Origin: Amphiscolops sp. MND2022
Lineage: Eukaryota
Direction: 5' to 3'
DNA: 64,000 bases
NCBI GenBank assembly: GCA_964187785.1
Contig: OZ076409.1
Coordinates: forward strand, 41,108,001 to 41,172,000
Part shown: piece after piece, positions 12,851 to 26,284 of the stretch
Layout of the letters: the number at the start of each line of letters is the position of its first letter
Numbering within the stretch: the first letter of the stretch is position 1
Translations under genes and position numbers: made by a program
Notes under the pieces: model-generated
Databases searched by the model: none
Told to the model about the DNA's origin: nothing
Seen by the model: only the letters and a program-made list of their open reading frames with translations

Positions 12851-14518
12851 CCGAACATTACTTTAATCCAATATAATGGTACTTTTTGTGCATGAATAAG
12901 AATCAAAATATAGTTTTTGATTTTGAGTGATTTACATATTTGAGTTCAAATGATTTATCTTTGAACAGGTTACTGAATGCAGCAGCCCTGTGCAGCATGC
13001 TGGTGTTGTTTTATCCTCCTCCACCATTCACTTTGCAACAGTGGCGGAAGAAGCTATTGCGGAAGAGTCCATTGTCTTTCTTGAGGAGAAGAAAGAAGAA
13101 GAGGCAATCGCTTCCATTGTAGTTTTAGAAGCCTTCAAGGTTGCAGAAGTCAATCACATTCAAGTGAAAGAGCCCAAAAGTGTATGTATTTTTATGTATG
13201 TATGTTTCATGTTTCATGTAATACTTTTCAGGATGTGTAATGTCTATTGATTTCCAGTTTTAAAAGTATATTGGGTTGGAGGGATTTAAACAACTAATAA
13301 TTCTGTTGCCTAAGAAAAAGTGACAACGGAAACGACAACGTTTGCACAAGAGTGTATCACGAATGCCAGTGTCATTTCCAAAGCTGGGCAGATGCACGCT
13401 AACCATGCGAAGGCTAAACATGACAGATACGCACCTCTTGAAATCGTTGGCTAGCATCTGGGAACTACGTGACATTTTGAGTCAAGTAAGAACTTCTCTG
13501 GATTTAAGAATGAAATCTCTTCTCAGAATTTAAGAATGAGATCTCTTTTCCAAACTCTAGATCTAATCAGATTTGAGTCTCTGGATTCACGAATACGATA
13601 TCTTCACTAGATTTATATCTTTGGATTGAAGAATAGGATTTTCTCTTCTGAGGATTGTGATTTGTATTAAACTTAGATTCCAAATGCTACCTCGATGCGG
13701 AGTGGCATTACACTAGAAGAAGTCACACAGGAACTGCTGTCAGACCCGGCCTTTTGGACGGGGAATATGTCCTCGTCATCCGACAACGTTCGAGGTGAGC
13801 ATAGTGAATATAACTGCTAGTAGAGAAACAATCATCAATTTTGTTCTCTTTTATGAATTTAAGGATACATGTACCTGACCTGATGTTTATTAGTTAGGAA
13901 GGGAAGAGAGTTGTATTGGGGAACAGAGTTACTGAGGTGGTGGAGTGTGACTCCTCCCCCTCCAAATTCTACAACGTCATCGACGCCGAGGCAAACAAGT
14001 GCCCAGGAGCCTCATTCAAGAAGCCCAGCGATCTAGACGAGGTTTCCCTTGGGCACACGAACTGGAACGAGACACCTGCAGAATTGCGTCCAGAGCGTGA
14101 ATTCAATTATTCGCTCGTTTCACAAAATGGCGCGAGGTTCCACCAAGATTTTTCATCCGAAAGTGTCATGTATTATCTGGCCATAGGTTTGTGCCAGTTT
14201 TTAGTACAATATATAAAACAAAAATAGTGTAATAAAACATGTCGTATTTCATGACTAACAAACTATTGTTACAGAAGTTGAAGTTGTCCATGCTGTGAGG
14301 CCCACTGCTAGAAACGTGGACTTGTTCAAGGCGTTCAAACATCTCCGCAGGCATGTAATATTGTTTATACTTACACTACACAGCGTTTTTTTCTGTTATG
14401 CATGTATGACTAATGACAGGGAAAATTTTATTGTTGTTAATGATTGTTTAGAAAGCATTTCTTCTTTGGCACCCAAGAGGACAGGCGCTGATTCTTCAAG
14501 CAAAGATGATCAACGCGG

Positions 14519-16200
14519 TCAACGCGATTTCCATACACTTTCGAATAGGTTTGTTATGTCTGGAATCATATCAGAAATCTCTCCTTTGTTGGCAATCGCT
14601 GAAAGTGCTGCCCACCCAGAAAGTGATGCTGCTCCGACAGTCTTCACTTTCTGTCCAGATTTGGTAGTCGTATCGAACTGGAAGTGCGGTTTCTTCACAT
14701 CTCGTTTGGTCAGATTTTCTTCCAATTGGGCAAGTGACTCTCTCTCTTTAGGATGCTTGTCATCAACAAGCTTCCGCGCAATTTTTTTCAAGTTATTTTC
14801 CACACATCTGGTTATCATGTGCGTTAAATCAGGGCAAACGCATCGTATGTCGTCGTAGCTTACAAGAGACGTTGCAGGTAGATCAGTGAGAAATGGAACT
14901 GTAACTTTGCTTCGGTATCCAGATTCTGGATCGACTGTTGTAGGTAGAAACGTGTCGTCCGTTCCCAGAAACAGTGGCATGAGTGACGGGAAATCTGAAC
15001 TGCGATCGTTTGAGATTCCAAGAATTCTGCCTAAATTCTGCCCAAAATATAAGACTCTGCTGCCCAAAAAAAATTAAACTCTTCTCAAATTACAGCACAA
15101 ACATTACAATGACAGAAACTCTCTTAAATCCAGAGTTCATGAATCAGTTTGCAAATAATTTCGGCCACCGTGGCATCTAATAATTTGACAAAACATCTAT
15201 CGTTCAGCAATAAATTGGAGCAAAATTAAATGTTGCTCACAGGAGAAAGAACGGATTGTCTCCGCTCTAAGTCAATTTGACGCCAACTTTTTTCAATGCA
15301 ACAGTCTGCTCGAACGCCCACCCTGATGTTTGGTCCTCAACTTTCTCACATCCCACATTTTGCTCCAAAGCAAACCTGCTGTCCTCGGTACGCAGCAAAA
15401 CAGAAGACACTGTCAGATGATTGCACACTTACTTCCTCACAGATCAATCTGACTGCCAGCCTTGTTACTTCTGTTCCCCCAAATGCGAAAGCATCTCCCC
15501 AGATATAAACCTTCAATCCGGAGATGTTTGTAGTTTGAAGGATTGCGTATGCAGCAAAATTGACGCATCGAACAACATCCACTCGGAATCCACTAAGGGT
15601 CCTTTTCGGATTGCAGAGTTTCTTGAAATGTTGGGTGAATTTGGCATTGGACGTGACAACCGTACGAATTGAGGGTGCCATGTTAATGCCGAGGCCAGGA
15701 ACTGACAATCGAGAACGGATCAGATTGATTACGCCATTTACGTTACCAGACTTTTTATTAATTGCCAAAGCGTCGCGAAAGTCAGAACAGCTACCCCTGT
15801 CCTTGAAAAATCCGCTAATGAGTCCCCCTATTATGTTCATTTGCTTCTCGGATGTTCCGTTCTGCCTCTTCCTTTGATCAGCTTTTTTATGTGCTGCTTC
15901 AGTCAACCCACGAACACTAATCCCTTTGTACCTGATGCACTAAATGACTTGTCTCCGGAAGCTCTTCAAGCTCAACTTTTCCCCGGCTTTACAGGCATCC
16001 TGAGCCTTTTTACGAAATGAAAATTTCGGTCTGCTCTTAATTCGGTTGGCTCGTTTGATGGTTCCTCCAGATGTGCCAGAGGTAACGGGTATCGACAAGT
16101 TGCTAGGGGCAGAAGCAAGAATGGGGACGTTATTTGGGACAGATACGTTGTAAGGGTCAACATCAGGAATTAGATCTCCATTACGATACATATGCCGCAA
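14519..16200 (-). pseudogene. Transib/Chapaev (RAG1-like) DDE transposase, decayed
   Basis: Motifs in expected order: IWGD (D1)...QSSDSVFCFAAYRG-(frameshift)-DSRFALEQN...LT*SGDNPFL (D2)...ILG...CPDLTHMITR (DxxH)...SLSG; in-frame stops at ~15940 and ~15268. Confidence 0.55.
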
Positions 16201-17119
16201 AAGTGTGTTTTGTCATCCAGTGTAAATTGTACGTTTCGGAAAACGAGAGCGAACCGTATTCTAGTCAAATAGTGCACCGTGTTCATCGCGGATTGTGATG
16301 CACAATGTAACAAGAAATTATGCATGGTGATCATTGAGCGTGATTGTGTGAAGTAGTCATTCATTGTATTTTGACTACGCGTTACACCAAATCACAAATA
16401 GTAACGAGCAAAACACGTAACGCGTATATGAAATAAGTACGCGTTTTTATTGGCTTTTAGTCGATTTAGCAAGATCTTGCTTGTTTGTTGCGGCATATGT
16501 ATCATAATGTCGGGAGAAAAAAGGAAACGAAGTCTTTCCTGACTCTTTTCCATGCGTGATCTCTCAACCCGCAAACTATGATAAGTTTCATAATTTTTGC
16601 AGTTGTGTAGACTGCTTCCCGTCCTCCTTCTGACCAAAACTTCTGGATCAAGGGAGGTACCAGTAACAATTTGTTTGACGGCTGTAAGGATACTACGATG
16701 CCATTTGATGGAATTTATTTCCGCAAGAGATATCTTCTCTAGAGTGTCGCTGTTGATAAACTGCCTATTCGACAATCAAAAGTGTTGATCCCAAAAACTT
16801 TGTGTATAACTTGATCCTGCCATTGCAGATGAAGGTGAAAATCAAAATAAGAATGGAGAGGTTAATATCATCTCAGAGGTTCGCAACTCAACTCAAAAAA
16901 CACGTTAAAGTGTTATTTGACGCTTTTTCAAATAATTTGACGCCTTTTCAAAGTGAATTGACGCTTTTCAAAGAATGTAATAAGGCGTCTTCAACCGAAA
17001 GAGTGGTTTAGCAATTCGGTTTTACTAAAATTTCTACTGGTAGTCAGTCATTGTATTCATTATACTTTTGTGAATTTACTCTACCTGTTTACCTATTTAC
17101 CTGATTATTATTTCCCAGT

Positions 17120-17431
17120 ATGTCTACGCCCACGGACACTTTTCGCCCAAACGAAATTGTTCACGATATTGATGAGAGTATATCTAGGTGGACAAAGGCT
17201 AAAATCATTGGCATTGTTAGCGACTGGTCTGTTAAAATAAAGTGGATTGTCTACACTTCCATTTATCCTTCAGAAACTATCGAGGTGCCAAAGGAAAAGC
17301 GTAGAGATATGTCGTTATGGAAGCTTCGAAAAGTTATAGAAAAGACACAATTCTCCATTCTTACCAGAGAGGACAGACAACAAACACCACGGGCAGTACA
17401 ACTCGAGACAGTGTTCATGACGATGATGTGA
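17120..17431 (+). CDS. Small Tudor/chromo-barrel-like ORF
   Basis: FRPNEIVHDIDESISRWTKAKIIGIVSDWSVKIKWIVY resembles the Royal-family pattern F..GE.V...D....W..AKI....V.I.W.GY. Confidence 0.4.
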   Translation: MSTPTDTFRPNEIVHDIDESISRWTKAKIIGIVSDWSVKIKWIVYTSIYPSETIEVPKEKRRDMSLWKLRKVIEKTQFSILTREDRQQTPRAVQLETVFMTMM

Positions 17432-18052
17432 GTTTCAGTCCAAATAAAGTTTTTATTATGGAAATCAGTTCGATTCAAAACGGATTCGCGACTGAGGAAT
17501 CCGCTGCTGCCTAATTTAATAAGATTTGCCGCCGGATTCCACAAACAACTTAATGTAAAAAGATTTGCCCCGGGAATCCAGAAAAATGCCAACGGATTCC
17601 GCTGCACGTCTTTTAAAGTGTGTCTTTGAAATCCATCATTTAAAACAGCTGATTCTAGGTCCTGTAGGTCCTACATGCTGTTAGCAGTCGATTCCCTTCT
17701 TTTCAAAAAGTGTAGGGTTTTGCATCGTATTGTGACATGTACATTGTAAGATTGTATTTCTGTGGGAATAGGAGAAGAGTAGTTGGAATACCTATTAAGA
17801 CTTAGTCCGTGTAAGATTATACACCTGTGGATTTAGGAGAAGAGTTATGTATTAGGACTAATTTTTGTATCTGCGCTAATTAGGATTTATTCCATGTAAG
17901 ATTTGTATACCTCTGGATTTAGGCATTTTTGAAAGTTTCTCTGCATTTAGTTTTAACCTTTTATTTATTTAGATGACTTCTTAGACGAATCAGAAGACGT
18001 TGCCGTTGTAGATCATGGACGAATACTGCTTAATAATCCGTTCCTACAATAA

Positions 18053-18865
18053 ATGAGCGTTTTCGTAGAAGGCGAAGTGCCTCGATACCTTTCTTACAGC
18101 GTACTACGGAACCCCGTCCAGCAAGTTAGTGCCAACGTCGCAAAAGTAGAAGACGACGATGACGACTCGATTCCTCGTCTGCCGGCTCGAAAGAAGCCTC
18201 GTTCTCAGAAGGAGAAGCCTTTAGAAGTTGATATGATCAACGCAAACCCCGTGCTTCCGGACGGTGACATCAGAACAAGCGTGCCGTTGACTTGCGCTCC
18301 GCGCACAAACGGCTTCCTTGTTATAGGGAATAAGGGTTTAGATCGAGGATACACTTGCACTTTTGAGATGCTGGAATACGTCATTTCAAGAAAGACGGCA
18401 TTTGTCAGTTTAACATGGGATGAAAGTGCGGACTTTACGGGCCGAATTCAAGCGTCTTCAGTAAAGCTCCGAGAAGACAATTACATCACTGTGGACCCTG
18501 TGAATCTAGACAGAATGGTTTGTCCCATTGATCGAGGCTATGCAGTATTTTCTGCCATCAAGCGGGCTTTTGGTCTCTGTCGAAAAAAAAATTCTGTGAA
18601 TTTCAATGTTTGCCCCGCTATAACTTTCACTAGGCGATGTGCTGGATTCGAAGCAGATTCGGCTCGGGATAATGTACGTATGTCAAAAGTAAATCTGTCT
18701 AATAGTAATTATATCCATAGGCGATTGTTAACCAAGAGTAGTGAAACATTACAAGATGATAGTTTTTTTGAGTTCATGTTATTGTTTAGGTCAGGTTTGC
18801 TGCTCATATTGAAACTGGATTCAAATTGGAAATTAAAAGGTCAATTAGGAAGATCATTAAATTAA
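18053..18865 (+). CDS. Unknown 270-aa ORF, transposon cargo
   Basis: Long open frame with acidic then basic (RKKPR) patch; no family recognised; 3' part may be intronic. Confidence 0.35.
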   Translation: MSVFVEGEVPRYLSYSVLRNPVQQVSANVAKVEDDDDDSIPRLPARKKPRSQKEKPLEVDMINANPVLPDGDIRTSVPLTCAPRTNGFLVIGNKGLDRGYTCTFEMLEYVISRKTAFVSLTWDESADFTGRIQASSVKLREDNYITVDPVNLDRMVCPIDRGYAVFSAIKRAFGLCRKKNSVNFNVCPAITFTRRCAGFEADSARDNVRMSKVNLSNSNYIHRRLLTKSSETLQDDSFFEFMLLFRSGLLLILKLDSNWKLKGQLGRSLN

Positions 18866-19976
18866 ACATTAAATAATTGTTAACTAAGAAAAGTGAAGCA
18901 ATACAAATAGATAGTTTGTCGAGTTCAGTTATTGTTTAGGTCAGGTTTGCTGCTCATATTGAAACTGAAATTCGCGGTTGCCGCCGCTCGTGGGATTAAG
19001 TCTTTGGAGAGCGATGAGATATCGTGTTAGGAGATGGAGAAGAATCGCTGGACACACTCATCAGAGCAATCCGATTCTCAGAAACCCAAGACTTTCTCTT
19101 CCGAACCATTAAGGTTCAGATAAACTTTTGCGAAGGACGCTTCCGAAACGAAGAACAATATCGGGAATTTGTGAATGTTAACTCTAAACACAATGAGGGA
19201 CTCTAACTATTAGATATTTTGAGTAGAATGTATATTCATGTGTTATTATGTGTACTGCTTGTTTGTATGCTAGAATCAAGTTATAAAACTTGATCGTCTA
19301 TCCTAATTTCAGGTAGATAGTGAAATACATGTAGTAATAGTAGCATGTAAGCCTATGTTACAAAATGGAGACAATAATCGTAATCCGAGAGACCATAGTA
19401 GAATACATGTAGTATCAGTACCATATCATATATTAGGCCTATATAGATAGGTCTATATTACATATTGGAGACAGTAATCTTAAACCCAGAGACAATAGTA
19501 GAATACATGCAGGCCCATAATACATCATGGAGACACATCACTATCTTCATTTCAGAAACTGTAAACACCCAATTAAACACAAAACACTGTAGCTGATACG
19601 AGCTTTACAGTATTATAATACAGAATTTAATATACTACTGACTCAAAGATTTAGGTATTCTTGATAATTAGATTCAATGGAAAATGCTCGCCAAATAATC
19701 TTACGCTATCCCCCCTTCGCAATCAACACTCGTTATTCTCCGTTTCTAACGTTCTAGCGTCTCTAAAGGTATGCAGCATGCAAGCTTTATACAAGCAATA
19801 GTCTGCGGAATCCGCTGTCATACGACCCGAAACAAATGTCGCGCACAGCTTTCAGCGGATTCCGTTTCACAAAACAAACATATTATTACATGCTTACATT
19901 AGTCTGCGGAATCCGGTGTCACTGCCCCGGATTCCACTAACACTGTCCCGAATTCCGCTTTTACTGCCCCGGAATG

Positions 19977-20124
19977 ATTTTGCTGAAAATAATCCTAAAT
20001 TCAACTAGGATTGAATCTCAAACAACTTTTATTGTTGCTGAGTTTGTATCCATACAAACTCAGCAACAATAAAAGTTGTTTGCGATTCAGTCCTAGTTGA
20101 ATTTAGGATTAATTTCAGCAAAAT
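19977..20124. repeat. Near-perfect palindrome, 73-bp arms and 2-nt loop
   Basis: 19977-20049 is the reverse complement of 20052-20124 with 3 mismatches. Confidence 0.95.
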
Positions 20125-20454
20125 ATTTTGACTAATTTCATTCTCAGGATACAATACAGAGAAACGAACAAACAAACAAACAATTAAGTGCTCACTGTGT
20201 TGTTGTGCCATGGTCTTTAAGAGATATCACATTTTGTGGTGCAGTTTATAACAAGTTTCTCGGCACTGTTCAACAAACAATCTTTGTGCAGCAGGTGCGC
20301 AATGCAGACTTCGAGTCAGTTTTTTCATTACTTACATGAAGCAACCCAATTCCAATTGTCTAGAAAATTCTATCATCGATAAAACTATTGTAACTTATTA
20401 AACAGAAGCTGAGGTCACACACGTGCTGCAGCAATTTTTTTCTTTCGTGTTGGC

Positions 20455-20554
20455 CATGGTACGGTCTTGGCATGATCATGATCATGGAATGACCATGATC
20501 ATAGTATGATCATACTATGATCATAGCATGGTGAGTATGTTTGGTTAACCTGGG
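20455..20554. mobile_element. Right end of a CCCAGGTTAACC-type CMC MITE
   Basis: CATGAT/ATGATC subterminal repeats ending in GGTTAACCTGGG. Confidence 0.45.
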
Positions 20555-20619
20555 AAAGAAAAAATAAATAACTCGGGCATGGAGAAAATGTATGTTAAAG
20601 GTTAAAATATAAACTGATT

Positions 20620-21470
20620 AAAATCAGCTGATTTGATTGCCATTGAAAAGAAAAACGATAAAATGGAGTCAGAAAAACATAGTACAATCAGTCTTCTGAG
20701 TTCAACGCGCAAACTCTTAAAGCAGTTAAAACTTAAGCGGATAAGTACAACATTTTATCAACGGCTAAATGCGTTTTTAGGACAAAACTGTCGTGCATAG
20801 ATGCCATAGCAAAAATCACCGACTACATGAGGGAAAATAAAACAGAACAAGCCTGTTCCATCGATTTAAAAAAAGCTTTCGACATTATCAATCACAAAAT
20901 TCTTTTGATAGAACTAGAATGGTTTGGCCTTGGACGTAAATTTCCATAACTGATGACCTTTTATTTGACCGATCACTGGCAATGGCAATGCAAAAGCACA
21001 AGAGATCACAAACCATCCTGAATGAAAGTTCGCACTTGTGGTACACAGGGATAGGTGCGATTGCCTATACGCTTCATCTTATTCATCAATGATTTGGAAA
21101 AATGTCTGAGAGAAATGCAAGCCTTGTAGTTCCCTGACGATGCATCATTATATAGCTCGAGAAAAAAAAACGAGAAAAACTGCAATCGAATCTGGATACA
21201 AACTAGTAATACATACCTACAAAATTAACTGTTGTTATTGATAAATGTTGAGCAACTTTAATTACAGGAAAACCATACAATTGCAGGAAAACCATACAAG
21301 GAAAACCATATACTTGATGAAGATTTAATTATCCTTCAAACAATCATGTAAGTACTTTGGGATACATCTAGATTAAAATATCAAGCCTCGCGATCATATT
21401 GAAAAGTTGTTTAAAAATCAATAAAATCGTTGGCTAATCTACCGCGTTCGTTAATTTTACACCTGAAAAC
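20620..21470 (+). pseudogene. Degenerate LINE reverse transcriptase
   Basis: ISLLS, IDLKKAFDIINHKILL, GTQG, FILFINDL, FPDD (FADD-like), KYFGIHLD with many stops. Confidence 0.85.
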
Positions 21471-22406
21471 GAAATTTTCAATTCACATATAAAGCATTTT
21501 CAAATAATTCATGAATGCCTCCAATTACATGATCGAAATGATTTACTTTCATTGAAGTTACCTATATCTATTCAAAGCGCACACTACTAATCTTATCTTT
21601 CTGAAATATCATCAAGTTTTCCAGACTGTGAATTAAAAACATACGAAGTAACAGAAATTATGACGAAATATGGCGAGCTTGCAGTCAGCGTCGATTTTGT
21701 TCTTGTTTTGATGTTTCTTCTGATAAGATATTATTCCTCATAAGTTCCTGTTAAGGTATTGTCTGAAAGCTGCAGCAATTTTACTATCAAAGAAGTGTCC
21801 AGCTTTCGTTGAACACTGCTAGACAGTGTGGTACATATTTTGTACTTTTAAGTAGTGATTGACATTCCAGATTCCTCAATTATAAAGTTAGTCGCATGCA
21901 GCATTTGCCGTCGTGGAAATGGATAATTGATCTTAAATCCCTCTTAATCTCTGCACTGCCGTCAGTACCATTCGCATTTGACTGAATATATTTTTTCCTT
22001 CAAATAAACAAGGTTCAATCTTTTTGAGTAGTCTAAAATTGTTCAAAAAATAATCTACAAAAAAGTTTTTCACCAAATAGTATTCGTTAGTCTCAAGCAA
22101 ATTTTCTTGTTCTTCATTCAAACAATTGTTTCACAAGTTTTCTCCAAACCTACAGGAATTGTTTTATATAGATTAATTCCTTGGAATGAAACTTATTCAG
22201 GGAAAAACACCAGCAATCACAACAAATCTCTTTTTCATCCAAGCTTTTTGAATGACTCATATTTACAATTACGTGCAAATGTGTTCTTTATCTCCGTCCT
22301 ACTATTCAGTTTATCGGGTTTTAGATATCCGTCAGTCAGTCAGGAAAACGCCTAATTTCTCTCACAGCCTTTTCATTTTACTGCACTGAATTTTATCTTT
22401 TACCAA

Positions 22407-23434
22407 CCCGGGTTGACCCTCCATGGATATCTTAGTAAGATCTTGGCAAGATCTTGCCAAGATCTTGGGAAATTCTTAGCTAAGATCGTGACAAGATATT
22501 GCCAAGAATTGCAAGATGCCATGGTAAGATCTTATCAAGAGAGCCATGTTTCCAAGAAAAATCTTACTAAGAAGGCCAATATGGCAAGAAAAATCTAACT
22601 AAGTAGCCGAATATGGCAAGAAAAAAAATGCTACGAACTGCTCGATATCGAGAAAAAGTAAAATCAGAAAACCATTTAGAGTTATGCAAAAATAATCTAG
22701 ACATCACTCTGATTGAACAAAATTACTGAATGATTTTTACAACCATTTCGATATCGATTTTTTTTCAATTGCAAAACTGTCGCCAACAACGGCGTCAGAT
22801 AAGCCTTGAGCTGTCATTACCCAAAATAGAGCAATAAGTAATAAGGCTGCTAAACAGGCTCAAAGAAAGCTGGAAATATGATTCTTACAAAAATTTCAGG
22901 ATTTTAAGGTCTTTCCTTTGTAACTTTCCGATAGTGGATCTGGACGTTTGAGAGCATATTTCTCCGTCTCTGGAATCGACAGGAATGATAAATTACAAGT
23001 TTTGAAAAGCCCTCGAAATTACCTTTCATTTGGTACATTCGGCATTTTTCAGTCTTAAAGAGGTGAGGAATTATTAGGATTCTCGTCAGAATTTCTGAAG
23101 CCAGACTACGTTATCGTAATTTTTCACGCATTTTTGCATGCAAAATTTTTTCAGCAGGTTTAAGCATTTTGATTATGAAAACGAGTAGAAATAGTCGTTG
23201 TTGGGTGAAATGAGCCTTTAGATTGAGTCTCGGCTGCTTGTACCGAAGGTATAGTGTTTTTTAATAATCTTAGAATTTTGTCCATCGTGATAAGATACGA
23301 TCTTGGAATAAGTATTATCTTAGTAAGATCTTAATAAGAATCTTGCCATGGGATCCATGGCTGCCAATATGTACTAAGAATTCGGCAAGATCTTGCCAAG
23401 ACAGCCAAGATGCTAGTAAGAGGGTCAACCCGGG
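22407..23434. mobile_element. Non-autonomous CMC/EnSpm-type MITE
   Basis: Perfect 15-bp TIR CCCGGGTTGACCCTC, 2-bp AA TSD, TCTTGGCAAGATCTTGCCAAG subterminal repeats. Confidence 0.9.
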
Positions 23435-24149
23435 AAACGTAGTTACCTTTATCAGTTTGTTTAACCCTTTTTGAAGTCCAAAAATCTCACAATGTGAAAT
23501 CTCACAATGAAAGCTAATCTCAGTCTGAATTCATGATGCTTCCATGTGATTTCATGCATGAAATCATGACATCCATGCGTTTTCATCCATGGAACCATGA
23601 TTCTATGCATTAATTCGATTTAGGACGAAAAAAATACAAAGTATACGTGAAAAAGTTACAATTCAAGTACATTTTAACAAGTAGTTCAATTTCAATTTTA
23701 GTTCAGATGGTTCACCTGGGTAACTTTTAATTTTTCGTCAACTGTGTTATCACAAAGTGAAGATCATTATACCACGCAGACTGTGACTGTCATCAACAAC
23801 CTTAAACTCTTAAAAATCGCTTCGTGTATTCAATGCTTGTTTGGTTCTAAAAGGATAGGGAAGAAACAAGTCCTTCAAACATTTCATTTGTCAGCAAACT
23901 GAATGTCAACTGTTTAATCTTTGACAGATAAGAGGAAATACTTCCTCTTTACAAGACTCAATTAACATGAAAAAGCACCTGATGGCACCACAAAAATCCT
24001 TGAACGATGAAGAAAAAGGAAAAAAGACGAGCACCGAATTAATGCGCCACAGCTTGCGTGCTATGAATTAGACTTGATATCTTTTCGAATCATTTTTATT
24101 CTAGATAAAATTTTCTTCGGCGGAGTAATTTTTCTTGTTTTTTCACAAT

Positions 24150-25435
24150 TGTTGGAACTAAGGTTCCTGGAAATGTCGTTATTTTCTAGGTCTTCGCTTG
24201 GTCCTGTTTCAAGTTCGAAGCGCCACGCCGGACCTGACCGTTCTGAGGTCGGGCTTGAGAGGTTGTCTACCTTTGACGTGAGAGTTTCAATTAATCTTAA
24301 AATCTCTCTCTGAGTAAACTCAGTGTATCTCAGCCTCTTGGATAGACGGTTTTCGATCTTATTCGATATGTGCGAAAAATCCTGGTCAGTCAGGCAGGTG
24401 TTTTCATCAGAGGCCTGACTGAATACTTCAACGTTTTCTTGGCTACTGCTCTGGTCACTTCTGAGTTTCCTTTTCTGAGATTTCTCAGGCATTTTCGAGA
24501 AGATTAGCGGTTAAAATAATCCAATTAAATTCACTATCTTAAACCGAAATAAATATTAAAACAAACGAATTAAATGTTAAATGTTAAAACAGTTTCGAGC
24601 TATTTCCAAGCAGAGTTAATCAAACCGAATGATAGCAAATCGAACTTCAAATATCAAACGAAACGGAGTATATATACGACATAAATGACAATTAATGTAG
24701 GGAAAGTTTCAAAACTCGGCAAAATACTTATTCAAGTTAATTTTACAAAGCGATGAGAAAGCAATAAATTAATGGCTCCTTCCTTAACCCGCTTCAGGTA
24801 CATATACTTTACGCTAGACACGCGGGATAAATCCTGCGCGTGAATTCACACCTTGTTCAGTTCGGTGTCAATCCGAGGCAAGGAATTCCAAATTAGGTCT
24901 GCTTCCTCGGGACTCGGCTTTCAGCGTCATCTTACTTTAAAGGAAAACTGGGAATCAGCTTCCTGCCGAGTCCCAATTCCGCGTACTTTCCTTCTTCATT
25001 CCCCGCCAATTCAAGACGCCGAACCAAAGTTGGCACTGAAATTCATGAACCTAGCTACTGAAGGCGGGAAAAGGAAATGAAAATTACATCAACAGACTCT
25101 CGGGTTGATTCAACAAAATCAATGATAATCTTACTAAATAACTTAACAGCCCTGATTCTCTTCGTAATCAGTTAATTAGCACTGTTAATCTATGATTCAA
25201 ATGGGAACAAGCAACGAAATACTAGGGCGAACACTTGGTCACCAAACTTGACGCTGAGTCGCCTGGTTAGATTACCAGGTATTTGACTCGATAAACGATG
25301 CATGGGGGGATAATATAAACGGGACAAGCTAAAGAGGTGAGTTACTGTTAACAAACGGAGTGATGATTATCAAAAGGGGGGTGGTTGTATGTGAAATACT
25401 GCTCGGAATTTGTTGGAAAATTATCCGGTCCAACA
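24150..25435 (-). mobile_element. Probable solo LTR containing a gag-like ORF start (24492 to 24150)
   Basis: TGTTGGA...TCCAACA termini; ORF MPEKSQKRKLRS... runs through the 3' terminus; no clear TSD. Confidence 0.55.
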
Positions 25436-26284
25436 TTCCAAGCAGACAACTCAGTGTGTTGCCTGGGCGGTTGCCTCAAATATATATAAACAAAATATCA
25501 TAGTAGCACTCAATTACCTTTTGTTACCGATTATCGAACTTTCTTTTAGTATTAGGCTTCTCTTAGGTGATGTATTTCTATCCAAAGTTCACATCTAAAG
25601 CATCGTTTAATATTAATGCACTAGAGTATTCTGGCAGAGCGCCTTAGTGTGCGCCTCAGCTTCAATCGACTGATAAGCTGCCTGGGACGTCGACTCAGAT
25701 TTGTTGTTTAGCATCAACTGCGCTCAATTCTGATTGGTTAATAAGCACAGAACTATTTAGAGTTCACTACTGCCGCTGAGGCAACTTTCTAGTCGACGCG
25801 CTGATCGGATTAGTTTTCGGTCAGCGTGCTGGTTGTTTGACTAAACAAATACTGCGCTCCTTGTTATTATTTAATTATTTATATAATTATGTATTTTAGG
25901 TACTGCACTGGCGTATTAATTATATATTTACATAATTATTTAGTGATGGTAAGATTGTTTGTTGGTTTCCTTTCTAGATTTTATGGTGACTCTCCTGGCC
26001 TATTCGGGTCAATTTCTTCGTTTCCTTCTTTTGGCGTTCCTCTTGAAGTTGATGTCTCGCGACGCCGCGGGGGTTGCGACAACAATCTTTTCTTCTATTC
26101 AACAGGTAATTCCATTGATTCAAATCATTATCAAGAGTTTCTGATAACGAAACTTCGATATTGAAACCTTTACGGCTTCATTTGTTCACAGATGTTGATA
26201 GAAAAAATTAACCGATCACTCCGTCATCCTGGTTTTTTTTGTATACAGAAAAAACGATTATGACACAATAATCGGCATAGGAAC

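Larger units (their letters stand above)
5893..20449. mobile_element. Large decayed TIR DNA transposon (Transib/Chapaev-like) with cargo genes
   Basis: Inverted repeats ~5901-5974 vs ~20368-20441 and ~6070-6320 vs ~17495-17745; right terminus reads CAC on the minus strand; dispersed GCGGATTCC/GGAATCCGC motifs; DDE transposase remnant inside. Confidence 0.6.

Noticed and set aside
13480..19520. Short degenerate minisatellites near 13480-13650, 17750-17930 and 19300-19520
   Set aside because: Ordinary low-copy repeats with no further structure
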